Origin: a virus
Length of the DNA: 64,000 nucleotides
Virus record (IMG/VR): IMGVR_UViG_3300035204_002571
Coordinates: 17,921 to 81,920 of that record
Reading direction: 5' to 3' (one strand)
The notes below the pieces were generated by a model. It worked only from the letters and a program-made list of their open reading frames with translations. It had not been told where the DNA came from and searched no databases. Shown one piece after another: positions 9,972 through 20,466 of this stretch. A program made the position numbers and the translations under genes. Position 1 is the first letter of the stretch; the number at the start of each line of letters is the position of its first letter.

Positions 9972-12900
9972 ATGGCAAGTAGTTCAGATTATACAGGCAT
10001 ATTGCCGCCTATTGTTGGCAGCATAGTCACCGAAGAAGAATACTCTACTATATATGTAAATTGTAATCCCGAGGCTCAGGGGTCAAGCACTGCTACGTCT
10101 GGAAGAAGCACTCTTGAAAGTCCAGAGTTAGGCGTTATATTTCCTGATAAAGCCAAGACTGATACGGTAGTCCCTCTTATAGGCGGCTCCATCGTTACCT
10201 TGAAGCTTAATAATGCAGAATTTAACACCTCTAGAGGTAAAAGCGATAATAATGATAAAAATCTAACGAAATATAGAACTAGAAATTTAAACAAAAAAAT
10301 AAAAAAAATTCCAGGCATAAGTGCTGCCTCTACAGGGGAGGGCTCAGAGTCTACAGAGGAGAGTACAGCGGCTGAATTTGTTGAAATTTCCAATCTTGTA
10401 GATGCAAGGCTAGAGATAAACAAGGCCTTGTCATCAATGCCTTCTCTCTCTCAGCAGTGGTATAATGCCGGAATCCCAAGTCTTGTCCTTTCTAGGTTTA
10501 AGTCTACAACAATTGATAATGCAGCAGATTTACAAAAAGAGATAGATAAAAAGGCAAAAGACAAGATAAGACTCTCTGGCTTAAGACCTATCGGAACACT
10601 GAAATTTATACCTATAGAAGTTTTGAAAACAATATTGGATATTTTGGCCAATACGGAAAAGGAAGACTTTGGGTTGGCCAACTATATTGGTATATCTGGA
10701 ATAACATTTGCAGAGTTGGCAAAGTATTTAGATGGCTATAAAGAGGACGGCAGAACGTATAGCGGTCTTGGCACAGGGTCGGACCAGGAAGATAAGTTAA
10801 TACAGATTTTATTGGAAATATTTCCAATTTTTCACATAGACGAAGACTACATTGATGGAGAAGATGTAAAGGCTGACATAGGGTATTTTACAGCACATGA
10901 TGATACGCTTTATGTAAAGATGCCAGACCTGTCTGGCAGGGATAGCTCAGGTTACTCTTCAAACCTATATGGCATCGAAGAGGATGATGCTGATGAGCAT
11001 ATAACCTTTTGTTTTGAAATGGCAAAGTTTACAGAGTATTCTGCAGTAGCCTTTGATCACGTAGCTCCACCGGTTCTTACCTTATCAAGTGGAGACGAAG
11101 AATACCCGACCGATGAAAGTGATATCGCCATAACAGTAGAGAAAGAAGGATTGGATCCAGAATCTGGGATTAGTTATTACTTGTCTCCTATTGTAGATAC
11201 TAAAGCTTCGACAAAGGTCAGAGGTTTCAAGGAGTCTTCTGATGCAGTTGAAATGTTTACAGCTCCTGTTCTTACGAAGCCTTATCTAAAGGATACTAAG
11301 CCGATAATTTCTGTCGAAGATGCTTCTTCTGAGTTTGTAGAGATATATGAAAAATTACTAAAACATCTTCAGGATGACGTTAGTGTGTTCAATCCAGATG
11401 ATATGGAGAGAAACTCTCTCATATATAATGATGAAAGACTTGTTTTGAGCCCAGAAGCTAATCATTTTGTTTTTGAAGATTTAGGATTGCCATTAACCGT
11501 GTCTCTGTCAGACGTAGGAATAAGTAATTTATCAGAATTATTAGGAGAGTTAAATCGCCCTGAGATTTTGCTAGGAATGCGAGGATCAGAGTCTTCGAAT
11601 GATAAAAGTGATGAAAAGTTTTTTAAGCCAAAAACAGCTTCTGCAAGAGATATTATGGCATCAAATAGGCCGAATATTATCCTGGATATTGACGAACAGA
11701 TTCCTTCTAATTGGATAAAGTTATCTTCTCCAAAGTCTGCAGAAGAAGATGATGAATGGGAATTGGAGATTCCTTATAAATCAAAGGCAACGAATGAAGG
11801 GACTACGGATGCCGGGTTGGATATTTATAATGATGCGGCCACAGTTGAGTTCGTTCTTTATGCTGTAGATGAATATGGACAGATAGTTAGAGCTCCAGGG
11901 CAAAATGTAAAAATAAGACCAAAATCATCCATGGTGACGATACTTGACCCCAATGGGTTTGGAAGAAATAATGCCATTAACCTATCAGACCCATTGGGGT
12001 CAGCCTCTGTTACTGGAGAGGGGCTAGAAGGAATTACAGTTGCAACCTTTTCCTCTGATGAGTTAGGAGAGAATATAGTTGCAACCCTAGAGGACGGTGT
12101 AGATGGGGTTACTATAAAGAGTACTTCAGATAGTTCTGTAAAAATAAAATCAGATGAAACAGTTGCATCCATTGTTGGTGCTGCGGTTGGCACGTTTTTT
12201 ATGAGACTTGTATCCTCAAACGGAATATCTTCAAACCCGAAGGCTATTTATGTTTCAGAAGATGGAACCCGTGACGGCCCGGATGAAGAGGCTGCAAAAA
12301 TAACTTTTGATGATCCGTTTGGCTTTTCTGTTAAAAAGTTTGGAAAGGCCGTTCACTCTATACCTATAATAATGGATGGCACAAATAGTGCAAGTATAAC
12401 TTTAGAGTATAAGAAAAAAATCTTTACAAGCGATAGCGCTACTCTTTATGCATATATAGCCGTAAGTGATAATGATAATAATTTAGCCATCTTAAAAGAG
12501 GACGTTGGATGGACCGAGGAAGACGGAGAAGAAAAGGCTCCAATTAAAAAGATATCTATAGAAACAGAGAAATCAACAAGCAATTTTTATATCCCAACAG
12601 CTTTGGAATATGAATTTGGATCATCTGATTTTGAAAGAAAGAATAAACGAAAAGCCGTATTAAAGTTTCTTGGGAGCACCGGACAGTTTCTTAATCTTAG
12701 CAGATTCACTGAGCTTGAGGCTCCGGCCAGTGGTTCGGCATCCAACGAGTATCCTGCCTATATTCTGTTAACAAATAATAAGTTGAGCGACACATCTGTT
12801 AGCACATTAGATACCAAAGGTAATGAGTATGCCGTTATCCCTATAGGGTCCTCTTCGGATGATGATAAATCTTATTCTCCGTTTATTTCCGCACCGCATG

Positions 12901-15900
12901 TTTTGGGACTTGTAACACAAGTTGATGGAAACTCTGGCTCTATGTCTATAGAGTCAAGCATTAGCCGTGAGGCTCTAACCGCATCGACTAATGAGTTGGA
13001 TAAAAAGATTAGGCGACTAGATGTTACAAAGATAAAGTCGGGCAAGGAGCAAAACTATAGACTGGTTGCATGCGATAGCTTGACTAGGCTGGCGGTAGTA
13101 TTTCGCGGCCCAGATGAGCCAAAGCTGAAAAAGCTTTATAGCGCAAAGCTTGGAACTAAATCTTTAAAGGGTTATAAAGCCGGCAATGTTAAGTATGCTG
13201 GAGATAATTTGCTTGTTGTAAATTATAAAAGCATAAGTGATGTAACCGATGAGGGCTGGGTTGATATAACTATAACAAAAAAGGATAAAAGGTTTAACGT
13301 TACATATGATTCAACCTTATATAATAGGACTACGGTTACATTCTCTGATAGTTCTGAGATATCAGAAGGTTCTTTCACGGTTGAGGCAAGCGAGGATACA
13401 AACGTATTATTATCTGGAGAAGACAGAATAATACCTTTGGTAGAAGACGGAGAGAGTACATCTAAATTTGTTGATTCGCTTGGGAATGAAAATGCATCTT
13501 CAGTTATATTTCCAATGGGGAAAGGCACTCCTCCCTTTTCTCCGTTTCCATTGATACCTGCGGAAAGTTATAAAGATAGTGCAACTAATTCGGAAGCTTA
13601 TTTTCTATTTAGCAATCCGATTAAAGTGTATCCCAGTGTGGATCTTGTGTTTGGAGCTATAGACAATAGCATTGTTTATGGTATGGCCCTGTCCGACTCA
13701 CCTGTAGACGAAAATGGAAAACCTGGTGTTGAAGTAATAAGCATAAGTACAAGCGGAAATACTTCGGTAGCGATGAGTCTGGAAGACATAAAGGGAGCTC
13801 TGGAAGCTATGGGGGCAGAGGCCGCTGCGGCTCTTGATGCCGCTAAGCAGGGTGCTGAAGATATAGCCGGAGAGGTAACAGACTTAAAGAAGACTCTAGA
13901 AACTACAGAAAATGAGGATGAAAGGGCTGCTCTAGAGAGCCAAATCGCGGACAAAGAAGAAGAGGCTGCTGCAATCAATCAAACGATAGATGAGTATGAG
14001 GCAAACGAGGAAGCAGCTGCGGCTGCTCTTGCAGAGGCAGAGCAGCAAGCCTTAGATGCTAGTTCTGCTGGCTCTGTAGACGTTGCAGGCGGCTTTGCAG
14101 AGGGCGTCGATGCCGTCACAGAGGGCGTCGATGCCGTTATGGGGGCTGTGGGTGACGCATTGGGTGCGTTGAACGATGCCCTGTCTCTATTGCAGACGAT
14201 ATCTGACACATTGTCAAGCTTGGCAAATATGGCAAATCAAATTGCTGATGCGGCAGAAGCAGGGTTGGCGTCTGTTTCGAATAGACCTTCTGATTTTATC
14301 AAGGTAAATATTAAACATGTTTATATAGATAAAGATGCAAATATATCAAATTCTTATGTTTCTATAAAATCAGACCAAACAGTGGGCAAATTAGTTGTTT
14401 CTACGAAGTTTACGCAAGTAGCTGCAATCAGATTTAATGTTCCAGAAATTATTGAGCTTAGAGTTAAGGACAAAAGCAGCGAGCCCTACAGGCTCACTCC
14501 TCCAAGGCAATTTTCATCTGCAGTGATAAACAGTGGCGACAAGCTTTTTCTTAAGACGATTTGTGCAACGCCAAATACAAAGGTTGAAATTGGCGGTTTT
14601 AGAGTAAAGACCAATAAGGGCAGCCCATTTGAGGAGGGGGAGTATAGAAACTTTGTAACAACAGTTCCAGACTTGAGTCAGTTTTCATTATTTGGCAGCA
14701 GTGATTGTTTGAAGATCACAATGACCAATTCTAATGAAAATAGAATGAGGCTTGTAAGTGTGTCTGGAAACGATATTGCCTTAAATCTAGATAAGAAGTG
14801 GGGCAAAAATATACTTGGAGGAAAGAGAAATAAGTCAGGCCCAGCCACAGATCTTCAAGATGCTCTTGGTGACTTTTATTTAAGATTTACATCCGTTAAG
14901 CTGGAGAAGGCAAACATTGCAAAAGAGTTTTTGCAAAGCTTCTGCGATATGTCGTTCCACTTGACTGCAGAACTATCACTTCAGCTTAGAAACTTTAAAG
15001 TTCTTCTTGTGCCTATTAAGGTCATCTTCTGCATTATTGACGTTATATGTGCCCTTCTTCATCCAATAAGGCTTGTTTTCGCTATAATTAGATTATTCTT
15101 ATGCCTATATGATTTGATATTATTATTGCCACAGCTGTCTGTTCCTGCTATGTATTTGGCAATATTGCTTCATATTCTTGAGTTACTGCTTTGCGTCATC
15201 CTGAAGATACTCGGAATTCTAAATGCTATAAACGAAATTATTGCTGCTCTTGAAGTTGCTATAGAGCAGAAGAATTATGCTTCTATAATGGCCCTTGAGG
15301 AAACCTTGAACGAACACTTGTTCAGCCTTGAGGCCGACCTGTCTGTTCTGGAGCCGATTTTAACAATTCTGGCCCTATTCCTTGAGCTGTTAGGCTTGTT
15401 GTTCGCATTTCCTTGTCAGATAGGGGCTGACGAAGATGACGATGCCTGTATTGATCCATCACAACTTGCAGGCTTAATCATAGGAAAGGTGGCTCCATTT
15501 GGGCGAATAGAGCCCGACGCCTTGCTTCCATTGGCTCAGACTTATACAACACTACCTGTTGATGAGGTCGGAACAAAGGGTAACACGCCTCCGGAGTCTG
15601 CTGACGATGGGGGTACCGTAGAAACAAGTACTGGAACTAATCCTACCAATATCCTGAAAGAGGTTATCGAGTATGGTGGCGGAAACGTTACAACAGGTGC
15701 AGATTACGAAGGAAATACTCTTCCTGGCCTTGTTGATAATATGACGGGTGAAAACAAAACTGTAGAAGAGGGAGGCTTTTTCTCAGGAGATACAACCGAT
15801 AGTGGACAGATAGATAATGTTAACTATCAGAATTTACGTTTTAATGAATTTGAGACAGATCAACCAGGGTTTAATGGAACATTCTCATTATCATTCACTA

Positions 15901-17966
15901 AGAGTGTAAAAGAATTTGCAATTTTCACAGGGCCAGATCCAAGGATGGTTAGATTTAAGTTTAAAGAAAAGGGCTTAACAAATGCTTTAGCGTTTATTCC
16001 ATTTTGGTTTATTTCTATATTCTTTAGAAAGAAGACTATAGATAACCTGCAAACTATGGACTCTCCCCCTGGATTTTTAATCCCCAACTCTTCAGGCACA
16101 GGTCTTAAAATAGCCGAAACCGGAGATGACATAGGCTTAACAAGCCCTATAGATGGAGAGACCGGAATCTTCTTGGAGACAAATGATGGCGGAGCGTCTT
16201 ATCAGCCTCTTCCGTTGACTGCAACAATAGAATTACAGGAGCCAGGGGTCGACGAGGATACCAACTTGGCCGTTTTTACTCCCACAACTGTTACAAAGAC
16301 ATTTGGCAACATTCCTATGATAGCTTTAGTTGATGATCAGTTTAATGTATATTTTGTTGAAGAGACAGATGACGGAGGAGGGATAGTTGTAGAAGATATT
16401 GATGGAGTTCCATGCATTACGTCTATTCATGCCAAGATGATCAATCATCCTTCTGCTCCCAAGAAAAAATTTGCAAGAGAAGATAGAGAGGTTTACAGAG
16501 GCAAGGACGATATGCCGGCAAAAAGCGACAGAGCAACCAGCATGTCGGATAGCCCCATTCCTGCTGGTCAAAAGATTATTTATGAGCAAGCAAATGCAAA
16601 TTGGGCATTGGGAATTGACGAAGTTATTGAGTCCTATACAACGGATCCATCGGGCAACTATGGCGGCCCCTTTACTAAGTATGATGATTTTAATAGTGAA
16701 GCAGGAGGCTTTCCTGATGCTCAGACATATTTAGATGACTATGTTGTCGACATCCTGGCGGCAGCCGACCCAGGAGAACCTCCTTTTCCAGACTATGGTG
16801 TATATGATTGGTCAAATGGATCTAAAAAAGAGTTAAAAGATCTTGGAAACTCTATAGATACAGTTAAGGTCTTTGACTTTCCAAATCTCTACATTGTTGA
16901 TGTTAGGCAGGTAGCTGACGATATTGCGGCAGCCTGTGGAGCCTCCGGTCCAATGGAACTTCTGCTTGACCTTCCGGGGTTTGAGAATCCAGATGAGCTT
17001 GAAGATAGCATTAAAAGAATGAAGGAATGTACAGAGGAGTTTATAAAGCACTTTAAGGATACAGAGGAAGACGAGGATGGTATTCCTAAGGGTGTTGCAC
17101 CACGGATTAAGTACAAGTTGGCCAACGGAATGATTCCGGACAAAACCTCAATACCAGATGCTATTGGGAAGTTTAGAGATTTACAGAAATGTTGCGAAGA
17201 CGAGATAGACGTTATGTGCAAGTTTGTTATAAACCCGCTTAATACATCTTTCAAATTATTGAATGATGATGACGAAACGCCATTAACAGACTATATAAAT
17301 CCGGAGCAGAAAGAGCTTAAAGACTTAATTAAATATGATATAATTGATGAATTAGATACAGAAGGAGAGCTTGAAGGTTTCCCCACGATTACAGGCGCAA
17401 TGGAATATGCGTCAGGAATTGGTGACCTTGCAGTTGTAGAGGTTGGAGAAAAAGCTCTTATTAAGATTATTCCAAGAGATTGTTATGATGAGCCCCTGCA
17501 TGCAACCCTAGATCTTACAGAGAAGATTAAGATAGATTTCTTAGAGGACGAAACAGGTTCCGCTGAGTTGGTTGAGGTTACAGAGGGCAGCGGCGAATTG
17601 ATAGAGAAGGATGATACAGAATACTCCTTGGCGATAAGCGCTAAAACGAAAGGGAAAGTGGTTATAAAGGCTACGGTTTGCTCTATGGTAATACAAGCGG
17701 TTACAGATAGGGGAATATTAGGTGGGTCATCAGATGAGACAGATGGAGTAGATTGTATAGATGATGTTGAGACAGAGGATTCAGATGGTGATGATATTTT
17801 TGCTCCAGGATCACTAATGAAAGTAGACAGAACTCTTACAATCTTGTTTGTCCCCGCCGCTGCAGACGGCCCAGGTGCAGGAAGATATGGTGATGCAGAT
17901 AGGGAGGAGAGCGCTCGCTCGGCTAAGCCAGGGCCGCAGAAATTTGGTACAAAACTGGAGAATTAA
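9972..17966 (+). CDS. Giant acidic tail-associated protein (2664 aa) with coiled coil and long hydrophobic Cys-containing helical segment
   Basis: Long intact ORF inside the baseplate module. A/E-rich coiled coil at ~13776-14276 and hydrophobic block at ~14994-15416. No recognisable family. Confidence 0.55.
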   Translation: MASSSDYTGILPPIVGSIVTEEEYSTIYVNCNPEAQGSSTATSGRSTLESPELGVIFPDKAKTDTVVPLIGGSIVTLKLNNAEFNTSRGKSDNNDKNLTKYRTRNLNKKIKKIPGISAASTGEGSESTEESTAAEFVEISNLVDARLEINKALSSMPSLSQQWYNAGIPSLVLSRFKSTTIDNAADLQKEIDKKAKDKIRLSGLRPIGTLKFIPIEVLKTILDILANTEKEDFGLANYIGISGITFAELAKYLDGYKEDGRTYSGLGTGSDQEDKLIQILLEIFPIFHIDEDYIDGEDVKADIGYFTAHDDTLYVKMPDLSGRDSSGYSSNLYGIEEDDADEHITFCFEMAKFTEYSAVAFDHVAPPVLTLSSGDEEYPTDESDIAITVEKEGLDPESGISYYLSPIVDTKASTKVRGFKESSDAVEMFTAPVLTKPYLKDTKPIISVEDASSEFVEIYEKLLKHLQDDVSVFNPDDMERNSLIYNDERLVLSPEANHFVFEDLGLPLTVSLSDVGISNLSELLGELNRPEILLGMRGSESSNDKSDEKFFKPKTASARDIMASNRPNIILDIDEQIPSNWIKLSSPKSAEEDDEWELEIPYKSKATNEGTTDAGLDIYNDAATVEFVLYAVDEYGQIVRAPGQNVKIRPKSSMVTILDPNGFGRNNAINLSDPLGSASVTGEGLEGITVATFSSDELGENIVATLEDGVDGVTIKSTSDSSVKIKSDETVASIVGAAVGTFFMRLVSSNGISSNPKAIYVSEDGTRDGPDEEAAKITFDDPFGFSVKKFGKAVHSIPIIMDGTNSASITLEYKKKIFTSDSATLYAYIAVSDNDNNLAILKEDVGWTEEDGEEKAPIKKISIETEKSTSNFYIPTALEYEFGSSDFERKNKRKAVLKFLGSTGQFLNLSRFTELEAPASGSASNEYPAYILLTNNKLSDTSVSTLDTKGNEYAVIPIGSSSDDDKSYSPFISAPHVLGLVTQVDGNSGSMSIESSISREALTASTNELDKKIRRLDVTKIKSGKEQNYRLVACDSLTRLAVVFRGPDEPKLKKLYSAKLGTKSLKGYKAGNVKYAGDNLLVVNYKSISDVTDEGWVDITITKKDKRFNVTYDSTLYNRTTVTFSDSSEISEGSFTVEASEDTNVLLSGEDRIIPLVEDGESTSKFVDSLGNENASSVIFPMGKGTPPFSPFPLIPAESYKDSATNSEAYFLFSNPIKVYPSVDLVFGAIDNSIVYGMALSDSPVDENGKPGVEVISISTSGNTSVAMSLEDIKGALEAMGAEAAAALDAAKQGAEDIAGEVTDLKKTLETTENEDERAALESQIADKEEEAAAINQTIDEYEANEEAAAAALAEAEQQALDASSAGSVDVAGGFAEGVDAVTEGVDAVMGAVGDALGALNDALSLLQTISDTLSSLANMANQIADAAEAGLASVSNRPSDFIKVNIKHVYIDKDANISNSYVSIKSDQTVGKLVVSTKFTQVAAIRFNVPEIIELRVKDKSSEPYRLTPPRQFSSAVINSGDKLFLKTICATPNTKVEIGGFRVKTNKGSPFEEGEYRNFVTTVPDLSQFSLFGSSDCLKITMTNSNENRMRLVSVSGNDIALNLDKKWGKNILGGKRNKSGPATDLQDALGDFYLRFTSVKLEKANIAKEFLQSFCDMSFHLTAELSLQLRNFKVLLVPIKVIFCIIDVICALLHPIRLVFAIIRLFLCLYDLILLLPQLSVPAMYLAILLHILELLLCVILKILGILNAINEIIAALEVAIEQKNYASIMALEETLNEHLFSLEADLSVLEPILTILALFLELLGLLFAFPCQIGADEDDDACIDPSQLAGLIIGKVAPFGRIEPDALLPLAQTYTTLPVDEVGTKGNTPPESADDGGTVETSTGTNPTNILKEVIEYGGGNVTTGADYEGNTLPGLVDNMTGENKTVEEGGFFSGDTTDSGQIDNVNYQNLRFNEFETDQPGFNGTFSLSFTKSVKEFAIFTGPDPRMVRFKFKEKGLTNALAFIPFWFISIFFRKKTIDNLQTMDSPPGFLIPNSSGTGLKIAETGDDIGLTSPIDGETGIFLETNDGGASYQPLPLTATIELQEPGVDEDTNLAVFTPTTVTKTFGNIPMIALVDDQFNVYFVEETDDGGGIVVEDIDGVPCITSIHAKMINHPSAPKKKFAREDREVYRGKDDMPAKSDRATSMSDSPIPAGQKIIYEQANANWALGIDEVIESYTTDPSGNYGGPFTKYDDFNSEAGGFPDAQTYLDDYVVDILAAADPGEPPFPDYGVYDWSNGSKKELKDLGNSIDTVKVFDFPNLYIVDVRQVADDIAAACGASGPMELLLDLPGFENPDELEDSIKRMKECTEEFIKHFKDTEEDEDGIPKGVAPRIKYKLANGMIPDKTSIPDAIGKFRDLQKCCEDEIDVMCKFVINPLNTSFKLLNDDDETPLTDYINPEQKELKDLIKYDIIDELDTEGELEGFPTITGAMEYASGIGDLAVVEVGEKALIKIIPRDCYDEPLHATLDLTEKIKIDFLEDETGSAELVEVTEGSGELIEKDDTEYSLAISAKTKGKVVIKATVCSMVIQAVTDRGILGGSSDETDGVDCIDDVETEDSDGDDIFAPGSLMKVDRTLTILFVPAAADGPGAGRYGDADREESARSAKPGPQKFGTKLEN
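14098..14137 (+). repeat. In-frame 21-nt-period tandem duplication (EGVDAV x2)
   Basis: CAGAGGGCGTCGATGCCGT at 14098-14116 and 14119-14137. Confidence 0.85.
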
Positions 17967-17969
17967 TAT

Positions 17970-19973
17970 ATGATTGAAATATCGGAATTGCTTACAAGCT
18001 ACGAAAAGACAAAAGAGGGCAAAGATGGTGTTCCTCCGGATCATTTGAAAACTGCATTTGACGCAGCCATAACGTCTTTGACCACAGGCTTTGGGGTTAC
18101 AGACCTCCATGGTGCTCTCGGTCAAGGCGCAGGAGGTCTATCAGATGAATATGCCAAAATGTTTGAAGGAGTTGCGGAAAATTTTAGTACTCTTTTTGCA
18201 GAGCTGAACAAGATGAGATCGTCTTATCTTCCGATAGAGTTGATCGAAGGATTGGATAGTGAGGGGGTTCCCAAAACTATAGAGGAAGTTGTAGATACAC
18301 AGTCTATTCTGGAATCGTATGAAAACACATTCTTTAGAATGCTTGGGATGCCATCAACAGCAGATCTCGACGATAATATGAAATTAACAACTGTCGATGA
18401 GACTGGAAAATATGTTAGTGATCAATTCAAGAGTAAGTACGAACCTATATTAGACAAGAGGCAAATAAAAAGATCAGAAAGACCAGGCGCTCCAACCAAT
18501 AGTATTTATGATTTTGTATCTGGCTCACAAAGCGCAATACAGCTGCTAGAGAGTGAGGGGTTTACAAAGTCTGAAGAATTAAAGGCTGTTTTGGCTTCGT
18601 TAAAGTTTTTATATGATGCGGATGAGTATGATGCAGCAGGAGTTTCTACGTTAACAGGTCTTATAGGAAACATTGGAGATGAAACGGTTGGCTCTACATA
18701 CTCTGATCTGATAACGGCAGATCTTGAAACATACAAGAAAGGATATGCTTCTGAGGATGGCGAGGAAGCCACGGCATCTCCTGAGCTTATACAGGTAGCT
18801 ATATTTAGTATATTAAAAAATTCTTTAATGCATATAGATCCAACTCGAACATATTCTATAAGTACACTGAATTCGTTATTTAATGAGTTTATAACTTTAA
18901 AGCCGGATGTAAACCTTATGCATCTGAATAAAGCTGAGGTTTTTTGGGAATTTTCACATTTATTATTTCCGCCTGTTCAAGATGGCAGGATAGCAAAATG
19001 TATTAATGAGCCAGCGAAGATGGTTGCAGAGCCGTTTACTCCAAACATTTTAAGAACTATAAATGGTCACAAGATGAAGTCAACGTTGCTGGAGGCGGTT
19101 ATAAGGATAAGGTTGGATATAATTAGCGGCACGCAAATTGCATCTCCCAATACAGAGCCTGGATCTGTCCGTCCCCCGATTACTGCAGGAAATTTTTCAG
19201 TACCAGTATCTCATGAGTCTGTTATAGAAAGAATGGGACTTATAGAGTCTTTGATTATAGTGAGATTGTTTACAGCGGTTCAAGGATTTGCTTTTGATGT
19301 TTATAACAGAATAGGAGATATGGTAAGCCTTCAGCATCAAAATGGCAATGTTCCTGGAGGCGAGATGGCTGAGGACAATCAGGCTACGGCTATTGAAAAA
19401 AAGAAATTTTGCGAAACAAACGACCAAAGATGTCAGTTAGAATCTATGAAGCTTATTGAAGACTCTATGTTATTGATATTGGGAGATAGCGATGTCCCTG
19501 AGGTGCTGGACATGCAGGTTGGAGTGGCCCGAAGCTCCGGAATGAAGAATGCACACCTGATGAGCGCTGTTTTGTCAATTATGGACGTACCAAGAAGGTT
19601 TGTTGAGAGTCGGCTGGCATCTTTGGATGAAGAGCAGGAGCGAGCAGCAGAGAAGGCTGGTGATGCTGCAAGGTCTGCTGTTGCAAATAAAATTGGAATC
19701 TCAAAGGGAGTTGGAGCAATTGATGTTTTGGCTTTTCTGATAGCACTTTTTACAATGAAGGAGAGCGAGCTTTTATGCTTGCTTACTCCAGAGCAGTTTG
19801 AAAATCTTGAGGCAGAATATCCAGATGGATTTTTCAGCAGCTTTACGAGAGAATTGACTATAGATAATGCAGTAAATAGGGTTACAGATAGGGCTTATGA
19901 TGCTTATCAGTTATTTAGGCACGCTCTAAGTAAACAAGGAGGCTCCAATACCGTACCTGTTTCTACAGAATGA
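17970..19973 (+). CDS. Hypothetical virion/tail-associated protein (667 aa, mostly helical)
   Basis: Intact ORF with GGAG upstream, embedded in the baseplate module. No recognisable motif. Confidence 0.45.
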   Translation: MIEISELLTSYEKTKEGKDGVPPDHLKTAFDAAITSLTTGFGVTDLHGALGQGAGGLSDEYAKMFEGVAENFSTLFAELNKMRSSYLPIELIEGLDSEGVPKTIEEVVDTQSILESYENTFFRMLGMPSTADLDDNMKLTTVDETGKYVSDQFKSKYEPILDKRQIKRSERPGAPTNSIYDFVSGSQSAIQLLESEGFTKSEELKAVLASLKFLYDADEYDAAGVSTLTGLIGNIGDETVGSTYSDLITADLETYKKGYASEDGEEATASPELIQVAIFSILKNSLMHIDPTRTYSISTLNSLFNEFITLKPDVNLMHLNKAEVFWEFSHLLFPPVQDGRIAKCINEPAKMVAEPFTPNILRTINGHKMKSTLLEAVIRIRLDIISGTQIASPNTEPGSVRPPITAGNFSVPVSHESVIERMGLIESLIIVRLFTAVQGFAFDVYNRIGDMVSLQHQNGNVPGGEMAEDNQATAIEKKKFCETNDQRCQLESMKLIEDSMLLILGDSDVPEVLDMQVGVARSSGMKNAHLMSAVLSIMDVPRRFVESRLASLDEEQERAAEKAGDAARSAVANKIGISKGVGAIDVLAFLIALFTMKESELLCLLTPEQFENLEAEYPDGFFSSFTRELTIDNAVNRVTDRAYDAYQLFRHALSKQGGSNTVPVSTE

Positions 19974-20026
19974 GAATAATATTTCTATTATTTTTAAGGT
20001 AAAAAACAGAGTTAGGGGAATATAAT

Positions 20027-20458
20027 ATGTCTTTCGATTTAACCTTGGAAAGAGGTGATATCAAAATAAGTGCAGATGGAACCATTGATACGGTTAGTGG
20101 CAATTCAAAGTTGCGACAAGATATTATAAAAATATTATTAACCGAGATTGGTGATAATAGGTTTCATCCGAAATATGGAAGTTATATTGGCGCTTTACAG
20201 ATAGGTCATTATGCTGATGGAAAGTTGGTGTCTTTAGATCTTGAGGGGTCTGCCAGAAAGGCTATCAGGAACCTTATGGCACTTCAGAGAGCACAGGGTA
20301 AGAGGCAAAAATTAACGCCGGGAGAGATTATTATAGATATATTGAAAGTTTCAGTTTCTAGAGACGAAGTTGATCCCAGACTTTATAATATATTTGTTTC
20401 TGTATTGACGAAGAGAATGACAGAAGTTAGAAGCAACGTTACAGTAAGAATAGCTTAG
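20027..20458 (+). CDS. Baseplate wedge protein gp25/GPW-like (sheath initiator)
   Basis: KLRQDIIKILLTEIGDNRFHPKYGS is the gp25/GPW signature. 143 aa, directly before baseplate J. Confidence 0.85.
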   Translation: MSFDLTLERGDIKISADGTIDTVSGNSKLRQDIIKILLTEIGDNRFHPKYGSYIGALQIGHYADGKLVSLDLEGSARKAIRNLMALQRAQGKRQKLTPGEIIIDILKVSVSRDEVDPRLYNIFVSVLTKRMTEVRSNVTVRIA

Positions 20459-20466
20459 GAGAGAAG

